From Gracilinanus agilis (lineage: Eukaryota), in contig NC_058130.1 in NCBI RefSeq assembly GCF_016433145.1, forward strand, positions 308,194,293-308,258,292: a stretch of 64,000 nucleotides of DNA. The letters are read 5' to 3'. The notes under the pieces are model-generated. The model worked only from the letters and a program-made list of their open reading frames with translations. It was not told where the DNA came from and searched no databases. Position 1 is the stretch's first letter. The number at the start of each line of letters is the position of its first letter. The translations under genes and the position numbers were made by a program. This document shows positions 11,895-25,680 of this stretch, one piece after another.

Positions 11895-12355
11895 CCCTGT
11901 GAGCTCTTGGAAGACAGGAACTGTCTTTTGCTTTTCTTTGTATCTCCAGTATTTAACACAGTGCCTCACATAGGAGGTGTTAACACAAGACAAGGATCCT
12001 AGAGTCCTAGGTTTGGAGCTAGAAGAGATTTTGGAGGCATTCTAACCTAGTTTCTTTACTTCACCAATATGGAAAATGAAGTCTAGAAGGAAAGTGGCAG
12101 GGCTAGGATTTGAAATAAGGTCTTCTGGTTCAATAAATCAATTCTGAATAATCAATTAACTGTATTCTGAAGTTTTACCTAATCTTTAACATCACAAATA
12201 CTCTATTCCACTAACTTTTCTCTTCTTATGTCTCCAAATGAGGGAAACTAGCATAAGGGACCACAGAACCTAGCATTGGAATCAATGTTAAAGGACATCT
12301 AGTCCATTTCCTCATTTTACAGATGAGAAAAACTGAGGCCCAATGAGGTTAAGGA
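11895..12355. mobile_element. L2 3' end (+, 11895-11985) followed by two MIR3-type fragments (-, about 11995-12140 and 12265-12355)
   Basis: tgtgagctcttggaagacaggaactgtc...cacagtgcct; catttacagatgagaaaaactgaggccc. Confidence 0.65.
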
Positions 12356-13382
12356 AAAAAAAATTAAAAGAACAACCTTTGCTAGAAGGTTCTTAAACTG
12401 AAGCAATTTTACTATATAAATCTTATAGCACAGGTTCTCACTCTTACTGTCAAGTTTGTCTCATTTGCCCAACTAAGCCCACATTTGCTCACACAATTTA
12501 ATTTCACATGTTCCCACTGGTGTTGCCTGACTGGAATTTTCCAGACATTTCATTTTGCTTCATTCAGGCACTTATAAAATCAGATCTGAACCAGCTGCTC
12601 CATAGCAGCTGGTTTACAATTCATATCCGCTGTCTGCAGCTGGGACTGAAAAACACAGCTCAAAAGCAGACAATGCACTACGAAAATGCTGGGTTTTCCC
12701 CACCCCCAATTACTCTGAACCACAATTTCATTTCACTAGTAGTCTTCTCATATTTCAACACCTTATAACACCCTAGAGAAACAGGACATTAAAGATGATA
12801 TTTCAGGTATTTGGTTGTACTTAAGAACTTCACTGTAAATAAAATTTTATTTACAATAAAGTAGGCATTTATCAAGTCTACAAAATATTTTTATTTCTTG
12901 GTTCTAAATTCCAACACTTTGACAAGTATGACACCAAGAATAGATGATAAAGAGCAAGTCAAATTAGTTCTGCACCTGAGCAAGTTAGGGGTTAACATGA
13001 AAGCCAGCAATCATGAGAAACAGAACTGAAGTTTTCATATAATAACTACCTTTATTCTCAAGAATTACACCATCAGCAGTCAATGATTAAATGAACATTG
13101 CTTCAAAGAGCCGAGCAATTTGTCTTTCTAGTTTACCAAACTCTAAATTTAAACTAGTTTGGCATCATCTTCAGAAATAAGCAGTTTTTGCTCACCTTAG
13201 GAAAAACTAAGACGAAGTCATTTGGTTGGGACAGAATGAAAAGCACTGGTATTATCCAGCTCTCAATAACAGTTTCCAAGAGAGAAGCAAACAAAGCTTC
13301 AGTATAAAACATATGGAAATATTCACTAATCTTAACCAAGAATCTGTTTTATTCATTAACACCCTCATTTCAATCCAGACAC

Positions 13383-13384
<2 letters not shown>

Positions 13385-13466
<82 letters not shown>
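13385..13466. repeat. Compound (AC)n(TC)n microsatellite
   Basis: Seen directly. Confidence 0.98.
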
Positions 13467-13469
<3 letters not shown>

Positions 13470-13862
13470 ACATTTTATTTAGACTACCACACATGGTAGT
13501 CTTCATCTGTTACAATGTTCAAAATATTAAGTTTTATTCCCACTCTTCTGTACCAATAAAGAACTCTAATTACCCAAGACAAATTTTTGTCTCTCTTTTC
13601 AATTTCATGGGGATATAATCTCTACAGGAGAAACTACAGTCAAAATTTTTTCTTGGTCTAGTTTTCTATTGGGTAAGATGATCTCATACATAACATATGT
13701 GTGGAATGATATTATTCTAAAAAGTGTCTAGATGAACATATTCCAAAGTATGGCTAGGGAATATTTTAGGAGATTCCATTGAGTGCAGAATTGTTTATAT
13801 AGGAGGTGATGGGATGTAAAGAGAAAATGAAGATGACTAAGTAGTTAAAAGTAAACAGTAAA

Positions 13863-14070
13863 GGGGGCAGCTGGGTGGCTCAGTGGATTGAGAGCCAGGC
13901 CTAGAGACAGGAGGTCCTGGGTTCAAATATGGCTTCAGACACTTCCTAGCTGTGTGAACCTGGGCAAGTCACTTAACCCCCATTGCCTAGCCCTTACCAC
14001 TCTTCTGCCTTGGAGTCAATACATAGTATTGTGTGAAGGTAAGGGTTTTAAATAAAGAATAAATTTTTTA
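13863..14070 (+). mobile_element. Marsupial CORE-SINE (Mar1/SINE1-type), near full length
   Basis: Well-preserved head, CORE and tail. TSD AAAAGTAAACAGTAAA (13847-13862) / AAAAGTAACAGTAAA (14071-14085). Confidence 0.95.
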
Positions 14071-14959
14071 AAAAGTAACAGTAAAAATACTGAGTCATGA
14101 AAAAAAGTGTTGGCTTTGGAATTAGAGAGCTAGGGTATTTGTGACAACAAGCAGGTCACTTCATCCCTCTAATTTCTTTATCTAGAAAATATAGGCAGTG
14201 TGGGTAGGCAGGGAGGAATAAAGTAGATGACATCCAATATTCCCTTTCTGCTCTCAATCAATGATTTCATAAAAGTGCATCTTCAATTCTGCTTCCATTT
14301 CAATTATGAAAAGATTTACTTCCTTGTAACCATTAAAAGGGGTGGAATGTCAGAAAATTATTTTCTCCTAATTAAGGAAAGAAAAATCTATTCAATACTG
14401 AGTAATTTTTCCTAAAATACTTCAATTTTTTGCAAAGTAAAAGGTTTTCATGCTTCCAAGTAGAAGTTATAAAAACTTGTCAACATGAACATAACTCTTA
14501 TAAATTTTAATCAGAAGAACTCAGGGAATCTCTAACACCAGCTCTACAGCTTATTTTTTCTCTATAAACTAATCCATATACTGTAATAACTCAATTTGGC
14601 ACATTTGCTCTATGCCACACCATTTATTATTGATAGATCTTATTGCTGTGCATTTATAACATCAATGCCTTTTGTTAAACTTCCTCCACCCCACCCCTCT
14701 CAACCACCAATCCTTAGACAAACTACTCCAGCTCTTCTCATTCATTTTTAATGTTTCATTCCCTGTGATCTTCACCACCCACAAAGCCCATCAGGAAGAG
14801 AGGGGCAGAGATAAAAGGGGGATGGGAAACGGAGAAAGAAGGTGGGGAGAAAGAGAGAAGAAGAAAAGAAAAAGAGATGAGGGAAGGAAAAAGGGAGAGA
14901 GAACCAGAAAGGCAGAGAAGGAATACAAGTCAACCTCTGCTGAAAAAGCAAAAAGTATC

Positions 14960-15130
14960 TAAGGAATCAGAGAATGTCAGAGATGGAAGTGACCCCAGCA
15001 GTAGTCTAGTCCACTCTGCACTAAAAAAAACAACCTCTACTTGATACAATTGAAAAGAGGGGACCCAGCCTTTGCTTTCAAGACCTACACGTAGTAATAT
15101 CCACTATTTCACAAGGCAGCCCATTTAAGG
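14960..15130 (-). mobile_element. L3/CR1 3' end
   Basis: agaatgtcagagatggaagtgacc...aagacct...caaggcagcccattt, typical reversed L3 terminus. Confidence 0.65.
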
Positions 15131-15839
15131 ATCTAAACTTCTTGAAAGCAGGGACAGTTTCATTTTTGTCTTAATCTTCAGTGACTAATGGAGTTACTGG
15201 CACATTGAAAACATTTAATAATTTCTTACTGATTATGCAGTTTTTTTCCTGATATCAAGCATAAGTGTATTTCAAACATCCACTCAGGCCCTGCTCTAGT
15301 TCATTCCCACCCTGACCTGCACTTCATGATCTCTATTTAGCAAGATGAAATGAACTCCCAAACTCCCAGTTCTTCAACACTCCTGCCCCTAGATCTGTAA
15401 TGCCAAACTTATGGCACATGTGCCTAGGCAATGCAGAGCCATCTCTGTGGGTACACCTGGGGTGGAGCTGCTCCCCTCCCCCTCTTCCATGCATCTAAGG
15501 ACATTTCTCCCACCATCCACCTCTCTGCCCAGCAGCCAAAAGGAGCACTTCCTCCCTCCCCTATCTGGAGTAGGGGCGGTGGTGGATGGGGGGAGGGGAA
15601 GGGGGAGGTTGGACCTGGCACGCCATCTCTAAAAGGTTCACCATCACTGTCCTAGAGGCCCTCCCTTTCTCTGATAGGAGAACATTGGGGAACTCCTCCT
15701 AATCCTTTACTACAAGAGAAGGACACTCAGGGACTTCATCTCATCATTTCCCACAATTTATACCTCTTCAGACCATTTCTTACCCTGGCTAGAAGACTTA
15801 ATCATGCCCCTAAAGATGGTAAAACTTCCCCTCTCCCAT

Positions 15840-16185
15840 AAGCTTCTTTTTAATGTACTGTTTCCTATTAGACAGTGAAAATTTTTTTTAAATCTCTACT
15901 TTTTGTCTTAATTAATACTTAATACTAAGTATTGGCTTCAAATCAGAGGAGTGCTAAGGCCTAGGCAACTGGAATCAAGTGACTTGCCCAGGGTCACATA
16001 GCTAGGAAATGTCTGAGGCCAGATTCGAATCTGGCTCTGACTCTCTATCCACTGTGCCATCTAGCTGCCCCAAATAGGGAGCTCCTTGAAGGTAGGAATT
16101 ATCTTATACCTTTTTTTATATCCCACACCCCACCCCCACACCTTAGTATAGTATCTGGAACAGCTTAGTAAATGTTTCTTAACTA
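15840..16185 (+). mobile_element. L2 3' end with nested SINE
   Basis: attagacagtga / gagctccttgaaggtagg...ttagtatagtatctgg...agtaaatgtt, split by the SINE at 15885-16071. Confidence 0.6.
15885..16071 (-). mobile_element. Marsupial CORE-SINE (Mar1-like)
   Basis: Reverse of GGGGCAGCTAGATGGCACAGTGGATAGAG head, CORE and tail. Confidence 0.9.
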
Positions 16186-16218
16186 TTGAGTTCTTTCTAT
16201 AACCAAAGAGAACAAATC

Positions 16219-16410
16219 TCATCCATTTTCCACATTATAGCCTTTCAAGTGCATGAAAATAGTTATTATGTTTCCCCTGAGTCCACTCTTCTCCAATCTA
16301 ACCATTTTCCAACTCATAAAATCAATTCTTAGATGGTATGGACTTGAGGCCCTTAAATATTCTGGTTGGCCGCTTCTGGATGCTATCAGTAGAGCATTTA
16401 GAATCAATCA
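16219..16410 (-). mobile_element. L3/CR1 RT fragment
   Basis: Minus-strand translation LEKSGLRGNIITIFMHLKG resembles CR1 LEKRRLRGDLIAVFKYLKG. Confidence 0.75.
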
Positions 16411-16529
16411 AGCTTATCAATGTCGGTCACGATCTCAGACAAAGCAAAAGCAATAACAGATGGCCAAAATACATTTTGCTAAAAGGTACCATATAGACAA
16501 TGAATTAATGCTAATATGGAGTCTACCCG

Positions 16530-18590
16530 ACATGACAGGTACAGCAACTATACAAAAACAATTACAAAACATTCTTCACACAAATAAAGAAATCTAAATA
16601 ACTGGAGAAATATCAATTGCTCATGGGCAGGCTGAGCCAATATAATAAAATGACTATATACCCGGATTAACTTATTCAGTTTCATACCAATCAAATCACC
16701 AAAGAATTGCTTTATAAAGCTAGAAAAAATATCAAAATTAATCTGGAGAAACAAAAAATCAAGAATATTAAGGAAGAAATGGAAGAAAAATAGCCCAGCA
16801 GTACCAGAACTCAAACAATACTAGAAAGCTTTAATCATTAAAACAACTTGTTAAACCAAATGAGCACAGTAACCTAATATATGAAAAACCTAAAGATTCC
16901 AGCTACTGGGGCAAGAACCAACTATTCAACAAAGCTTCTAGGAAAACTGCAAAATAGTTTGGCAGAAAGTAAGCACAGACCAATATCTCATACTGCATAC
17001 AATATATTCTAAGATCAAAATGGGTAGATGATTTCAATAGATAGTAGGAATTCATGACCAAGCAAGTGATAGGGACAGGAGGTAAAGTGGATAAATTCAA
17101 TTACATAAAATTTAAATTTCTGCTCAAACAAAATCAATGGAGCTAAGTTTAGAAGAAAAGCAGGGAACTGCAAAACATTCTTTGTAGTAAATTTGTTGAT
17201 AAAGATGTTCTTTCTACTGGAAGAGAGATAATAAGACTAGATTTTTAAAAATAATAAGACTAGATTTTTAGACATAGCTAATATGAGAATTTGTTTCTCT
17301 CAAATAAACATGTTTATTATAGTTATAAACAATAAACTTTAAGTGTGTGTGCATATGTATACTATATATTTGGAATTGTTAAAATTTCCAAGAAATAGAA
17401 TCATACTTCAATTGATAAATAGTCAAAGAATATGAATAGTCAGTTTTCAGAGGAAGAAATTCAAGTCATCAATAGATACTATGTTTTAAATTACTCATAA
17501 TTAGAGAAACACAAATTAAAATAACCCTGAGGTATGTGTTATTTAGAATTACTGGTGCTCTACTGAGAGCTATTTGAGACTCATTTGAGCTTTAATGACA
17601 AACTTCCTGTGGACACTTGGAAAATTACATTTTCCATGGTCCAATGGGTTTCCTGTTTTGGATGACGTCTTCAAGGTAAAGCATGTCTTTAAATATTGGG
17701 AAGTGGGGTTTGACTTCCTCTTTGCTACCTGAGTGCGCTAAGGTACGAAACAAAATGGCTGAGGCAGCAATTTGAATTTTTTACAGGTGTGTGGTCTATT
17801 TTATTCTATCAACATGGGCCTAAATAAAATATTAGTTTTCCTCATAATATCAGCTTATTTATCATTTTTGAAAATAGCAGTTATCATGTACCACCTCATA
17901 CCAATTAGATTGGATAAGATGACAAATGCCAAAGGGGCTTTCAGAAAACAACACTGTTGGTGCAATTGTAAACTAGTCCAACAATTCTGGAAAGCAATTT
18001 GGGACTATATTTCAAAAGTTATAAAACTGTATATACCCTTGGACCTAGTAATACTACTACTAGGCTTATACCTCAAAGAGATCAAAGAGAAAGGACCCAC
18101 ACGTACAAAAGAATTTATTGTGTGGTGGCAAAAAACTGGGAAATGAAGAGATGATTATGAATTGAGGAATGGCTGAACAAAATTATGGTATATGAATACT
18201 ATTATTGTACTCTAAGAAATGAAGAAAAGGATGGCTTCAGAAATACCTGGGAAGACATATGAACAGATGCAAAGTAAAGTGAGTAGAACCAGGAGAGCAA
18301 TTTATACAATAAAAATTATAATCAGCTTTGAAAGACTTATCAACACAATGACCAGGCCCAACTCCATAGAACTCATGAGGAAACATGCTAACCACTTCCA
18401 AACAGAGCACTTATAGAATCAGAGTACAGACTGAAGTATATTTTCTTTTACTACTCCTCCCTCCTTTTTTTGGTCATAGCTAACACATGACTATACAACA
18501 TATCTGTAATGCCTTTTTTTTACCTTCTCCTTGAGTGGGAGAAAAAAAGAAAGATTCAAAATTGAAAATAAAATTGAATTAAAATACAAG
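16530..18590 (+). mobile_element. Old L1 ORF2 / 3' UTR relic with deletions and a nested LTR
   Basis: L1 motifs such as aataactggagaaatatcaattgctcatggg, IWRNKK, and VQQFWKAIWDY...YIPLDLVILLLGLYLKEIK. Confidence 0.88.
17535..17886 (+). mobile_element. Probable solo LTR (352 bp) inserted in L1
   Basis: TG...CA termini, AATAAA at 17823, flanks GGTA/TGTA. Removing it restores the L1 sequence ctgaggtaccacctcatacc. Confidence 0.55.
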
Positions 18591-18651
18591 CCAATGAAAT
18601 ACTATCGTGACTTTGAGCACAAATAAACACATATTAATAAAAAGTAATTTC

Positions 18652-18850
18652 AGGGAGGGCAGCTCAATGGATTGAGAGCCAGGCCCAGAGACAGGAGGTC
18701 TTGGGTTCAAATCTGACCTCAGATACTTCCTAGCTGTGTGACCCTGGGCAAGTCACTTGACCCTGGTTGCCTACCCTTACCACTCTTCTGCCTTAGAACC
18801 AATACACAGTATTGAGTCTAAGACAGAAGGTAAGGGCTTAAATAAATAAA
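18652..18850 (+). mobile_element. Marsupial CORE-SINE (Mar1-like)
   Basis: Head, CORE and (TAAA)n tail. TSD about AAAAGTAATT on both sides. Confidence 0.93.
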
Positions 18851-19849
18851 TAAAAGTAATTCCGGGAAGATAAGTGCCAATAACTTGGGAATGATCAAGT
18901 AATATCCTGTGTAGGAGAAGGCACCTGAATTGTAGGAGGAAGAAGAAAACAGGGAGTACATTCCAGACATAGTGGCCTATTATATATAGAAAAATGAAGG
19001 TAAGAGACAGAGTATCATTTTTGGGAACTAGTGAGCCAGTTTGACTGGAATGAAGAATAAAATATCAATCATACACAGCCGACATAGATTGTTGTGAAGA
19101 AAGCACTTTGTGAGCCTTTAGATGACATACCAAAGTGAGCTACTATTATTATTATAACTGAACTTATAGACTTTTGGCTAAAATGGCTACCTGAGTGGAA
19201 GCATAATGCCCAGTTTCCACAGTTACTCTAGCAAAACCCAGAAAGTCAAACCAGACTAAATGATTTAAAGTTAGTGAGAAACTACAGTCAATTCTTCCAT
19301 CCAAGAAATGCTAAAATAAAATAAAAATAAAACCAGCCAGAAATGTGAGGGTAGTAAAGTCCCAAAGCAAAATCAATGTCAGTTCAGGCAAACAAAGTGG
19401 TAGGCCATCAGTGGGACCAGAGATGGGCCAGTTACATATGCAGTTTGAAAATCTCAAGGAGTACCTGCAGAGAGCATTGACTACCATGTAACTGTAGTCC
19501 CCAGACCTAGACATCATAGGCTCAGAGGTTACAAGGTCCCTAGCACAAGATTACTGTGATGTTTCAAAGATCCATTGGACCTAATTCTGTGAGGTAGAGA
19601 ACAACTCAGGAACTCAGGGTAAAACCAAATAAGGCTGACCATATCATTCAAAATTATAGCAGAAGGCAGAGCCTAGTCAAAGCATAAAGCCCCAATTCAG
19701 GAACTAAAGTGGAAGAGATGAGTAAATGAAAGAATAGAGTAACAAAAATCAATTTTTTCCTTTCTAATCTAAAGATTGCCAAAAAGGAGAGAGTAACTTA
19801 TCCAGCATAGTGTTAATAAAAGTAGTGAGATAGATGAAAGAAATGGATG

Positions 19850-20590
19850 TAAAAATAAGAACATTTAACAAATGAATAGATATCTAGCATCCTGGGTAAC
19901 TGGAAGGGTGGTGTTCTCAGCAGTAATAGGCAATTTTGAAAGATAATTAGGTTTTAAAGAAAAGATGAGTTCTGTTTTCATACAGTGAGTTTGAAGTACA
20001 TAGGGAACACCTACTTTGAAGTTTTGGCTGGAGACGTGAAAGTGAAGCTCAGGAGAGAGAAAAGGTGGATATATAGATATGGGAGTTATCTCCATAGTAT
20101 AATATGAGCTGATGAGGTCACCAAGTAAGAATATAGAAAAAAGAAAAGGGCTCAGGACCAAGTAGTCTTGAGGGACATCCAGAGACAATTAAAAGGAAAA
20201 ATCCAGGAGAACAGTGTCATAAAAATCTAGAAGAAAAGGATAGTAAACAATATCAAATATTGCAGAAAGGTCAAGAAAGATGAGAACTGAGAAAAGTTCT
20301 GGCAATTAATAGATAGCTAATAACACTGGAAAAATCAGTTTCAAGGTTAAGAAGGGAATAAGAGGGAAAAAAAGAAGTGGGGTTGCCTGTGAAAGAGATG
20401 ATTATAAGTATGACAGCCTAATGAAGAGCTTGTTGTTTTTGAGGATAGAGATACTCGATCTTGTTTGTAGGCAGCAGAGAAAGATCTAGTAGATGGACGA
20501 TGAAGATTAGGGAGAGGATAATTGTGTTGACAATCTGCTAGAAAAGATGGGAGGGTTGGAATCAAAAGTAGATGCAGAAGTTACTATTAG
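19850..20590 (-). mobile_element. L2 fragment
   Basis: Purine-rich reverse L2 ORF2/3' sequence (gagttctgttttcatacagtgagtttgaag...gctcaggagagag). Confidence 0.7.
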
Positions 20591-21019
20591 GGAATTCAAG
20601 ACACTAAATAGATGAGTTACTTATTTCAGTACTTGAAGGAGTCAAGATTTCATAGATATAGGTAACTCCTTTCAAAGACATGTCATAACTCTATAGTAAA
20701 TGTTCTCCATGAGTAGTCTTGCCTTTATACCCATGCTCTACCCCAGGTGCTCAATCAACTTCCTGGTGATAAGATTATCTACATTTAACTAGGTCCATCA
20801 TTCCTCTTAGACAATAAGGCTAATAGATCCTGCTAGAGTCTGTTTTGTTTTTTGTTTTTTTTTTTTAATCTGTGTTTTGCTAGCAATATTCTTTAAGAAT
20901 GTATGATATGTATCACTTCACTGTGAAAAAATAAAATATTATAGGAAATAATTGGGAATATAAAGAAATTGTTAAGAGGGAAAAAATATTGGGGAGGGAA
21001 AAGTCACAAGAAAGACTTC

Positions 21020-21500
21020 CTGATCCTGAAGTAGGGATTAAAAGTCAAAGAACTAAGAATCTAACGTGTTTTAGATAGCCTCTTGGATAATTAGGAAATG
21101 GTTGAACAAATAAGTGGTACATGAACATAATGGAATTTTTATTGCATACAATGGAAATGAAAGATGATTTCATAGAATCCTGGGTATTGTGAACCTATCA
21201 CTGAATGAAATGAGCAGAATCAAGAATTTAAACCAATACAACAATAATGTAAAGAGAAACAAACATCTTTGAAACTAATGAATAAAACTGAAAAGCCAAG
21301 TCTCCAGAGAGAAGAGATGGACTGAGGATAGAAGAAGAGACCAACATTTTTGGACATGGCCACGTATGGATTGATTTTGTGTTATAAGACCTCCTACTAC
21401 TTTGTGTTTGGGAGGAGAAAGGAGGTTAATAATAATGATGTCTTAAGGTCCACTGTAGTATTTTAAATTCATTTAGGAGCTCAAAAAAGAGCATGACAAA
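21020..21500 (+). mobile_element. Old L1 3' fragment
   Basis: ggaaatggttgaacaaataagtggtacatgaacataatggaatt resembles the L1 ORF2 end. Confidence 0.65.
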
Positions 21501-22744
21501 TGTTTTGAAGGGAAAATATAGAAATATATACTTAAATTTATCAAATGGTCTGAAGTAGAGTTCATGGTTTCATAAAGAATCCAATTTTTTGTTTGCATAT
21601 TTTGCTTTCTGTATGGAAATACACTTTATGTTGTTTAGGCTTAGTAATAAAAGTTTAACTCTCCCCAAAAAAAGAAAAATTAGCGTAGGTAAAATATAAT
21701 ATGGTGAATACACATGAAAAATGAGACTACATATAGCATAAGACTTTTGAGGAAGACAAGATCACTTTATAATGGGAGGGGAAGGAATCAAGAAAGGTTT
21801 CAAGAAGGAAGGCAACACTTGACCTGGGCCTTTTAAAAGAGAAGGATTCCAACAGATAAGAGATATGTGTGGAGGGTTGGGAGTGGTAGAAGAGGAGAAG
21901 AAGATATATTTTATTTTGAAAGCAATTAGAAACTACTGGAGATATTTAAGCATAGGAATCACAAAGTCATTATTCTACTATGATTTTTAATAGCTAATTT
22001 GGCTCTCATCACTGCCATGTCAAAAATATATTGAGACAACTTGCTACCAGCCTTTCCAGTGAGACTTCAAGAAGTAATGGACCCCTCTCCCCACCACCCC
22101 TGAATGATTGGTGTCATTCCAGGGATCATTCAACAAAATTTACCACCAGTCTTCCTTCTATTTTCTGCAACCCTTGAATTATTAAAGACCAAAGTTGCTC
22201 TCAAGTGTTAGCCCTGAAGCTAGACAAGTGCAGACAGCTTTCCCTGCCTAGGCTTGGGTGTCCTCAAAGGCCCACATTCTACCTAAGGCTATACAGCAAG
22301 GCCTGGAAAGTCGAAGGAAATCAGGGGCTTACTCATTGGTCCCTAGCCAGGCCCACTTTTTGTGGTCTGTTGATGGGAGCCAAATTATAAAAAAAAATTG
22401 CAGTGGAATAGCCTGGAAGCCACATATGATCTAGGTCTATATATGAGGCACATAGTGGGTACTTATTAAAAACTTGTTGAATGATGACTGATCCTTAAAG
22501 TTACTATGGTTGAACTCTCAGGAGGCAGGGGTCTAGACCAACTAAGGGATAGGGGAGGGATGAGATTCATTTTTGTTGAGTCTGTCACAAACATTTTTCA
22601 GATCTAGAACAATGCAGGATAGCAAAAGAGGTAGGAAAGTTTGAAGGCTTTCCACAGAGGTTCTTTCCTTTGTCACCTCCAGGGCTACAGTGCCTTTGGG
22701 AATGGTACATGGCCATAAGTCAGACAGGAAGGTCAATGAGTTCT

Positions 22745-22932
22745 TTTTTTTATTATTATTTTTTTAAAAAACCCTTATCTTCCATCTTAGAATCAATACT
22801 GTGTATTGGTTTCAAGGCATCAGAGTGCTAAGGGCTAGGTAATGGAGGTTAAGTGACACAGCCAGGAAGTGTCTAAGGCTTGATTTGAACCTAGGACTCC
22901 GCCTCCCAGTCACTAAGCCACCCAGCAGCCCC
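22745..22932 (-). mobile_element. Marsupial CORE-SINE (Mar1-like)
   Basis: Reverse head GGGGCTGCTGGGTGGCTTAGTG, B box, Mar1-type tail. Confidence 0.88.
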
Positions 22933-25680
22933 TGACAACAGTTTTAAAGGCCAGTGACTTGAGAGAAACTTTAGGTTATTATATTCCAGAGAAGAGGAGG
23001 AAGACTGGCGGTAAATTTTGGTGCAGGATACACTGAGTAACACGAATCATTCAAGGGTGGTGAAGGTCCCTCTTTTCTTTAGACCTCTGAATTCTTATTT
23101 CGCAGACAGAAGGCACACCCAAATGGACACACAAACCCCTAAAACTAAACATTACTTTCCTTCTGGTAACATGCAGAATGGCTCCCAGGTTAGTTTATAA
23201 AATGCTGCCATATCAATTCTACCCAGGGTCAATTCTTCTTTAGCACAGATTCAAAATAACCTTCTAAGTAGAACATAAAGACTTCATTCCTCAATAGGAC
23301 CAAGTTTCACTATAAGTCCCTTGGCCTCCAGCATCCTCTCAGTCCCTCCTAGGTTGACCATGTTAATATTTTAAATGTATGCCATACGATCTTCATTGGC
23401 AATTTTTAAAAGGTCAAAGTTTAAGTTGATTCAACCACAGGACAACAAACTTTGGGCAGATGAACAAGTTCCCTTCAGTGAAAACAAAAAATAGGTAGGG
23501 AAGCATTTTCATGGCTGATCTAGGCAATCAACGCCAACTCCTACCACCCACTCACCCACATTCCATAAAACTATTTGGTTTAATATTGCTTGATACCAAC
23601 TAAAAAGAAGCAACTATCTAATTATTCTTCTTGCCCTCCCTCTTACATTTAAGAAAGTTGAAGCCTTGAAAACATGACAGAGATATTTATACTTCAGTTA
23701 TATACAGACCAGGCCCTGGCTTCTTGCCTATAATAAATAGGGTGGCGCAGGCGGGATATTTGTTTTAAGGAAGCAAAGGTATATCATCCCTTAATGAGGA
23801 TACAGTTTATGATAGGCAGCTTCTGAGTTAATTTTACTTAAGGAATGGAAAATTAGGATTCCATTTCCCCCAACCCTTCTTCCAAGTCACATCTGAAAGG
23901 GAATGATGGGGGGGCAGGGAGGGAGGAACAGGACGTATGGGGATTGCAGGAATGGAGAGGTCTAAAATATGGGAGTATTTTAAAGAGACTCAAACATAAA
24001 ATTCTTGTCATAAAATCAACCTATTTCATTTGTCATGTTTTATACTACTTCCATATCCTTTCCCTTCTTAAATGTAAAGATAATTTAAAAAAGATATAAT
24101 TTCTAGCATACTTTAATAAAGATGGAGAAATATAAGAAGATGCTTTGTTTTATGTAAAACAAATAAAAATGTAGATAAATTAGTGTTTAATTTATGTACT
24201 GCAGTATAGTTCATAATTCTACATTTTCTTTGCATTTCCCCCTTAGGGCCAACTACACAACTATTTTTTATCTCATTAAAAGTGGAGATAAAAATGATGA
24301 CAAATATCTTATCTACATAATACTATGGAAATTATAATATAATGCTTATTATAGTAATGAATAATCTCACAGATATAGAGAATCAGTAATACAACAATGT
24401 ACTTTTACTTTCTGAAAGAAGCAAGGAGTTGATCGTACAATAAAAAAAAACTTACTCTGGCTCTTTTTCCTATAGCTAGCCATTATATACAAATTATCAT
24501 AGTCATCTGCCTGTAAAACAAAGGATCACCATTACAGTTGAAACCAATCTTGGCAGCCTCAGTTAAAAGGGGACTTGAATACTGAAACCTTGGCTCAAGA
24601 ACTATACTACTCTTGAGGACAAGAAGACAGTCAAAAGCTATCAAACTAAAGATCAATAATGCCTTACAATTACTGGAAACAACCATGCCCCTGGTTCTGA
24701 CCTTGCAATTCAAGGAGGGTACAAGAGCTGATCGAAGGCATCATGTATACAGCAGAATATTCTATGCAGTGGAGAGCCACAAGGGAAATAATGGACACTC
24801 TTGCAACCACAAAGAAATTTTCAGGGTAATTAATGATGCTTTAACAGCAGCAGTGAAAGAGGTTGATGTTGGAAGAAAATGGTTTCTTTTTCAGATACAG
24901 ATTGGGCCAAGTAGCAACTGATCTCTTTCAACTTTGAAATAGTGTGATTTTATAAACAAATCCTTGAACTTTATATAATATTAGCATCCTCTCTTTATAG
25001 AAAAATCAATTGAGGACCACAGAAATGAAGCAACTTTTCCATGGTCATAAAAGAGAACAAGTACTACTTAGAATATGAATATGGGCCTCCTATTTCCAAA
25101 TCCAGCACAGACTCTAGACTAAACAGATTGGAGGAAGATAGACATTTTCATTTGGATTAAATTTGGATTAAAATGCATTTTGCTCTTCTCACCATCTTTT
25201 TTGTGGGAGCATTGTAGGAGAACTTAATGAAAGCTATTACTAGTTAGAGACCTGAGGTCTAGGAGCCAAATCTGAAAATTGGCTGACCCCACCAGGGGCC
25301 AGAAGAATGAAGAGAGCAAAAGACCAGCCTGATAGAATTTGAGGGAGCTTTCACTGACCAGAGCTAGAAAACAGAACTCCTAAACATAAAAGCAATTTGT
25401 ATATTATTGTCAATAGCTCTGGGCTAGTTGTCAAGATTTATCCTACCCACCTGAATTTGGAGAACTGGTAACACAAGGTAACAAAAGGAAACACATGAAG
25501 GCAATTCCAGCTTATGCAGATGCTAACTAACCCATTCACCAGAAGCAATTCATCACTCTCCCTCATAAGCTCTCTCTGGTATGGTCATGTGCAAAAAAAT
25601 ACAAATTTCTTTCCCAAACAGGTAAACTAACATGGAATTAATGAGCTTCTACAATGATCCAGTGCATAAGAAAGTTTATA

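Noticed and set aside
13226-13618. 130-aa ORF with THTH/SLSL runs
   Set aside because: Translation of the (AC)n(TC)n microsatellite.
13863-13935. tRNA-like A/B boxes at SINE heads (also 2182, 18652, 29024, 52676, 62075)
   Set aside because: They continue into CORE and tail sequence with TSDs, so they are SINEs and not tRNA genes.
23738-23752. CTCF-like ATAGGGTGGCGC
   Set aside because: An extra base breaks the AGRKGGC core spacing.
24613-24921. 102-aa plus-strand ORF in intron 2
   Set aside because: TTG start, no recognisable homology, no clear splice or promoter context, and a length expected by chance.
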